From assembly GCA_965233585.1 (NCBI GenBank), contig CBDDTI010000746.1, positions 64,001 through 128,000 on the forward strand: a DNA stretch of 64,000 nucleotides, in the 5' to 3' direction. The notes beneath the pieces are model-generated. The model was not told the DNA's origin and made no database searches. It saw nothing but the letters and a program-made list of their open reading frames with translations. Shown here piece by piece: positions 59,641-64,000 of this stretch. The translations under genes were made by a program, and so were the position numbers. Position 1 is the stretch's first letter, and each line of letters begins with the position of its first letter. This DNA is from a bacterium. GTDB taxonomy: Bacteria > SAR324 > NAC60-12.

Positions 59641-60638
59641 TACAAAAGAAATGTTTATAGCAACACATATTTTTTGTAGCAAGATACAAATTGGTGCAAT
59701 TGGATCTGAAAACAGGTTTATCTAATGCGTTAGCTAATTCTGAAAGACCTGAATCTCCTCCTATAAATGCACGACATTGATGAATTAAAAAAAGATCACC
59801 AATATTTGAATAATAAGGTGTTTTAATATAATCAATGACTCTTTCCATTTTTGGTAAAGCAGTCATTGAAGGATCACCCATACGAATCACATATCCTCCT
59901 CGCTCTGTAATATAACGTATTGCGGGTACATAGTTAGATATGGTCGAACTTCTTGTGTTTACTTGTTCATTATGATAACCCGATTCTCGAACATGTAAAC
60001 AAATCCACCAATCTTCTTCATTAATCCCCAAAGATTGTAACAATTCTTGTCCTTTTTTTAACTGGCTCTGATTTAAATTAACTGCTAAAGGTACATTAAA
60101 CCTCTTATCATGTCTAAAATTTAAACCACGAATACACTCAAGAAATCTCCCTTGTTGATAACCTATCTTTCTATCCAAGTTTAAGCCCTTTGTAATATTT
60201 AACTTCCTTAAAGGATAAATCAGTCTGTTATAGAAAAGTACTAAATCAAGAAGAAGAAAGTAAACGAGCTTATATTTCCAACTACTTTGATCTTGCTTAC
60301 AATCAAAATGACAGAAGTAAATTTCTTTATTGGCAATCTTTAACGATGTTGGAATACATACAAGAGTTTTTTTCTGTTTGTTTTGCTAAAACAGCAGCTA
60401 CTTTAATATCAATACTCAAAAAACCCATACAAGCTCCCCATGGAAGAATAACAATATATCTATCAGGAGGAAATATTTTATCAACAATCTTTTGAAGTAT
60501 TTTAATTAAAATTTGATTCATTTTTAGTCTAAATAAATTTAAGCAGTCTGTTTTAGTTAATCTAATGTACTGGGAAAAGTTATTAAAATATAATAGAAAA
60601 TCTAATACTACTATTGCTTACAAAAGTATTGTATCTGT

Positions 60639-61895
60639 TTATTTCCCAGAATATAATTTAGAAAGTTCATCTAAATAAGGAGAATCTTCCCAACAATTTT
60701 CCAGGTAAAAGGAAGATATCTTAGCAAGATGATCACATTTAGCTCCTGAGGCTAAAGCGTCATTCCCATAATTTGAACTATCTTGACCAATCAAAGGCTT
60801 GTTTGTCAATCTGATCAGATCAAGAGCTTCTTGCTGTAATGGAGATAATTTTTGACAATCTAAATCTTCCATAAATTCCATAACTGTGTTTCTTATTTCT
60901 AAAGGCGTATTCTCTATCACAATAAAATTTTCTATGTATTTCCAACCATAAGTAACCCAATCTTTTTTGAAGGACATTAAGATTTCTTTAAAAGGGATAA
61001 TCTTTTTTCTCTTTTTACAAAAGATATGCTTATAACAACATATATTTCCCATGGTTGTAAATAAATCGAAGTTATTTATCCTACAAACTGCTTTACCTAA
61101 TAATAAAGCTAGTTCCGCAAGACCTGAATCTCCTCCTATAAATGCACGACATTGATGAATTAAAAAAAGATCACCAATATCTGAATAATAAGGTGTTTTA
61201 ATATAATCAATGACTCTTTCCATTTTTGGTAAAGCAGTCATTGAAGGATCACCCATACGAATCACATATCCTCCTCGCTCTGTAATATAACGTATTACAC
61301 TTATATAATTAGAGATGCTTGCATCTCTGTAAGTTCTACCTTGATCTTTGTAATAACCTGACTCACGAACGTGTAAACAAACCCACCATTCATTCTCATT
61401 TATTCCCAAAAATTGTAGCAGTTTTTGTCCTCTTTTTAATTGAGATTTATTTATATGAACAGCCAATGGTTTATAAAATCTTATATCAAATTTTAAACTC
61501 AACCCAGAAATACATTTATAAAAATTTCCTTGTTGATAGCCTATTTTTTCATCTAAATTTAACCCTTGTGTAACGTTTAATTTTCTCAAAGGATAAATAA
61601 CTCTGTTATAAAAAAGAACTAAATCAACAAGAATAAAATAAATAAGTTTATATTTCCAACTACTTTGATCTTGATTACAATCAAAATGACAGAAATAAAG
61701 CTCTTTATTAACAGTATTTGGTGTCGGAATACATATTAAAGTTTTTCCTGTTTCCTTCGCTAAAACAGCAGCTACTTTGACATCAATAGAAAGATACCCC
61801 ATACAAGCCCCCCATGGAACAATAACAATATACCTATCAGAAGGAAACATCTTATCTACAATTTTTTGAAGTATTTTAATTAAAATTTGATTCAT
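60639..61895 (-). CDS. TIGR04372-like putative glycosyltransferase
   Basis: VCLHVRESGY, VIRMGD, IDY, FIGGDSG, IENTPLEI. Confidence 0.8.
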   Translation of the reverse strand: MNQILIKILQKIVDKMFPSDRYIVIVPWGACMGYLSIDVKVAAVLAKETGKTLICIPTPNTVNKELYFCHFDCNQDQSSWKYKLIYFILVDLVLFYNRVIYPLRKLNVTQGLNLDEKIGYQQGNFYKCISGLSLKFDIRFYKPLAVHINKSQLKRGQKLLQFLGINENEWWVCLHVRESGYYKDQGRTYRDASISNYISVIRYITERGGYVIRMGDPSMTALPKMERVIDYIKTPYYSDIGDLFLIHQCRAFIGGDSGLAELALLLGKAVCRINNFDLFTTMGNICCYKHIFCKKRKKIIPFKEILMSFKKDWVTYGWKYIENFIVIENTPLEIRNTVMEFMEDLDCQKLSPLQQEALDLIRLTNKPLIGQDSSNYGNDALASGAKCDHLAKISSFYLENCWEDSPYLDELSKLYSGK

Positions 61896-62039
61896 TTTTA
61901 ATCTAAATAAATTGAGAGTTTTAAATAAAGAATGTTGTAAACCATTATCTACGGTTTGTTTTTTGCTTGGTATTCACTTCTTTTTTGAGGAGACCTTGCG
62001 ACAGACTTCCCAGACCCGGTGCAATAATATTTCGCTTCT

Positions 62040-62290
62040 CAGACGCAGGTCTCTTTCCTCTGCTTAGTGCTTCGCGTAAACTGATAACCGTATCCTTTAC
62101 ACTTATGACTCTGTTTTCCCCAAGTGCTTACTATTTTATTAGTTATTAAGTATTTTATTTGTTTCTTTACAGAAAATAGATGTCTGACTATTTCGTATCT
62201 GAGAGCCAAAACAAAATATTTGTCACAAGGGAATAATTTATCTACAATTCTTTGAATGAATAGAGTCAGAAAAATCTTTGAGAAGTCATT
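62040..62290 (-). pseudogene. Relic: N-terminus of a third glycosyltransferase paralog joined to a decayed IS1 InsA fragment
   Basis: FIQRIVDKLFPCDKY resembles ILQKIVDKMFPSDRY; GKQSHKCKGYGYQFTR resembles InsA GK..+.C..C.YQ.T. Confidence 0.5.
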
Positions 62291-62297
62291 ACAATAA

Positions 62298-63329
62298 TTA
62301 AAATTTGATAATAGGTCTAAAAACACGATGATTTTCAAGATCATCTAAAGCTTGATTGATTTGATCTAAAGTATAGTATTGTGATATGAATCTTTGAAAT
62401 ATTGAAGATTTTTTCTCATAGAATTTTGCTAATTTAGGAATGTCATGATCAGGGAAGCAACCTCCACCATTAGTTCCTACTATCTTTTTTCCACATATCA
62501 GTTCAAAGGGATCAAGAGAAATTTGATCACCATATTGAGGATGAGATGCAAAAATACAAGTACCATGTTTTTTGTTGAGAATCGCAAAGGCTTGCTCAAT
62601 AGTTTTTGTAAATCCTGCAGACTCTATGGCATAATCTACGCCCAATCCACTGGTTAAATCTACAACTTCTGAAACAGGGTCATTACTGTTTGCAAAAACA
62701 ACATCAGCTCCTAAGTTTTTAGCAAAGTTTAGTTTTTCTTGAGAAACATCAATGACAATTCTTTGTCGACAAGGAAAAACTAGAGAAGTGATGAAAGCAC
62801 TCATACCAATTCCACCAAGCCCCCAAAAAGCTAAAATAGAATTTTCTTTGATTTCAAGTTCATTCAAAATGATTCCTGCTCCCGTTGGGATAGCACAACC
62901 AAAAAGAGCCGCTATGTCTAAAGGTAAGCCATTAGGCAAAAGCGTGCAACGATTTTCTGAAACCACAGCATAATTATTGAAGGTTGTCACCGCACCAGCA
63001 TTAACTTTTCCTAGTTTTTTATGATAGTAACTGATACCTCCTTCATCTAATCCACTTCCTTTAATCCAACCTAATATCACTTGGTCATCAATTTTTACTT
63101 TTTTTACTTTTTGTCCAATATCAATGACGGTTCCGCTGCCTTCATGTCCTAACAAATGAGGAAGATATTTGTTTTTTCCTCTTTTACCTCTAACTTCCAT
63201 CAACTGACTTTGACATACTCCTGCATACTCTAGTTTGACTAACAGTTGACCATCTTTTAGTTTGGGAATTTCAATATTTTCTAAGAGAACAAGTGATTGG
63301 TTGAACTGTTGTAGAATGGCGGCTTGCAT
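62298..63329 (-). CDS. Zinc-binding alcohol dehydrogenase family protein
   Basis: GVCQSQ, LLGHEGSG, FGCAIPTGAG, GLGGIG. Confidence 0.9.
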   Translation of the reverse strand: MQAAILQQFNQSLVLLENIEIPKLKDGQLLVKLEYAGVCQSQLMEVRGKRGKNKYLPHLLGHEGSGTVIDIGQKVKKVKIDDQVILGWIKGSGLDEGGISYYHKKLGKVNAGAVTTFNNYAVVSENRCTLLPNGLPLDIAALFGCAIPTGAGIILNELEIKENSILAFWGLGGIGMSAFITSLVFPCRQRIVIDVSQEKLNFAKNLGADVVFANSNDPVSEVVDLTSGLGVDYAIESAGFTKTIEQAFAILNKKHGTCIFASHPQYGDQISLDPFELICGKKIVGTNGGGCFPDHDIPKLAKFYEKKSSIFQRFISQYYTLDQINQALDDLENHRVFRPIIKF

Positions 63330-63358
63330 AAAAATTTATATTCGTCTAAAAATATTGA

Positions 63359-64000
63359 TTATTTGTCAGTTAATGAATTTGCTTTAATAAAACTCACATA
63401 TTGTGTTCCTCTTCCAAATGCCGATTTGAAATGTTGTAAACCCGCTACATTAGCAGCAGTTACATTATCACTTTCAAGAATATGTATCAAGTCGTTTAAT
63501 GATTCAATTACAGCTTTCTGAGGGTTTTTAACTAAAATTTTTTTTATAGAACGTATTATTTCTAGTGCCTCTTCATTTAGATTTTCTTCATAAGATTCTC
63601 TTGCCTTATTAGAAATTTCATAAAAATAATTACAAAACCTTCTTAGGCGATCTAAATCATGCTTAGGCAAAGGATGACAATCAAAAACTTTATAATGAAT
63701 CAAGTTGTGCCATACATTGTAAAAATTTTCTATTTTTTTGTTATTGTAATCTTGTGTATTTAACGGTACTTCTTTAAACCAAGTATCATCTAAAATCAAT
63801 CTTGGGCATATATGATAAAAACTGTAGCTGTCTTGCAAAAATTTTATAGCATCAACAACAGAAAAAGTATATAGTCTAGCAGCCAAAAGATTATCTGCAC
63901 ACCAATTTTCTTTAGAACGAGATAATCCTTTTAACGTTTCTAAATGTGAACCAAAAGCATCAACCCCAAGTTTTATTTTATCATCAAAAGATTTCACTAC
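63359..64000 (-). CDS. Partial CDS (C-terminal part), unknown, possibly a SAM-dependent methyltransferase of the glycosylation island
   Basis: Open frame reaching the window edge; ends FGRGTQYVSF; product is a guess. Confidence 0.5.
   Translation of the reverse strand, partial: VVKSFDDKIKLGVDAFGSHLETLKGLSRSKENWCADNLLAARLYTFSVVDAIKFLQDSYSFYHICPRLILDDTWFKEVPLNTQDYNNKKIENFYNVWHNLIHYKVFDCHPLPKHDLDRLRRFCNYFYEISNKARESYEENLNEEALEIIRSIKKILVKNPQKAVIESLNDLIHILESDNVTAANVAGLQHFKSAFGRGTQYVSFIKANSLTDK

Larger units (their letters stand above)
58499..60521 (-). pseudogene. TIGR04372-like glycosyltransferase paralog disrupted by IS1 and an A-run frameshift
   Basis: Fragments 60327-60521, 59641-~60365 and 58499-58880 are collinear with intact 60639-61895. 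Confidence 0.9.

Noticed and set aside
1..64000. tRNA, rRNA or riboswitch genes
   Set aside because: None recognised by eye; tRNAscan and Rfam were not run

Overview
AT-rich bacterial chromosomal window; gene content suggests a flagellated deltaproteobacterial/SAR324-like lineage (inference). The housekeeping backbone includes rplM-rpsI, greA, cmoB, xseA, purC, pmbA, moxR, ahcY, two flagellar blocks (flgK-flgL-csrA-fliW and flhA-flhF-flhG-fliA), an orphan fliG, T2SS pseudopilins and the edge of a heptose/glycosylation island with an IS1 insertion. The accessory parts are the most interesting. (1) 24.3-29.9 kb: five coiled-coil + PD-(D/E)XK nuclease-fold genes, each with its own candidate promoter, sit in a lattice of palindromic REP-like elements. 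Every gene's stop codon lies in the TCAAG core of a REP-like site, a second site lies just upstream, and a hybrid 'empty' site occurs at 24301. This resembles a REP-delimited cassette system. (2) An 18-unit ATCCGCA microsatellite just after an ATG holds a surface lipoprotein gene out of frame (phase-variation switch, currently OFF). (3) Five tandem small coiled-coil membrane-anchored genes with variable repeat number. (4) Two restriction-modification-like insertions, one with a frameshifted nuclease. (5) A 1.7-kaa FN3/Kelch lipoprotein. (6) A shared non-canonical sigma-54-like motif upstream of both flagellar operons. All product calls come from motif recognition by eye; no database searches were run.
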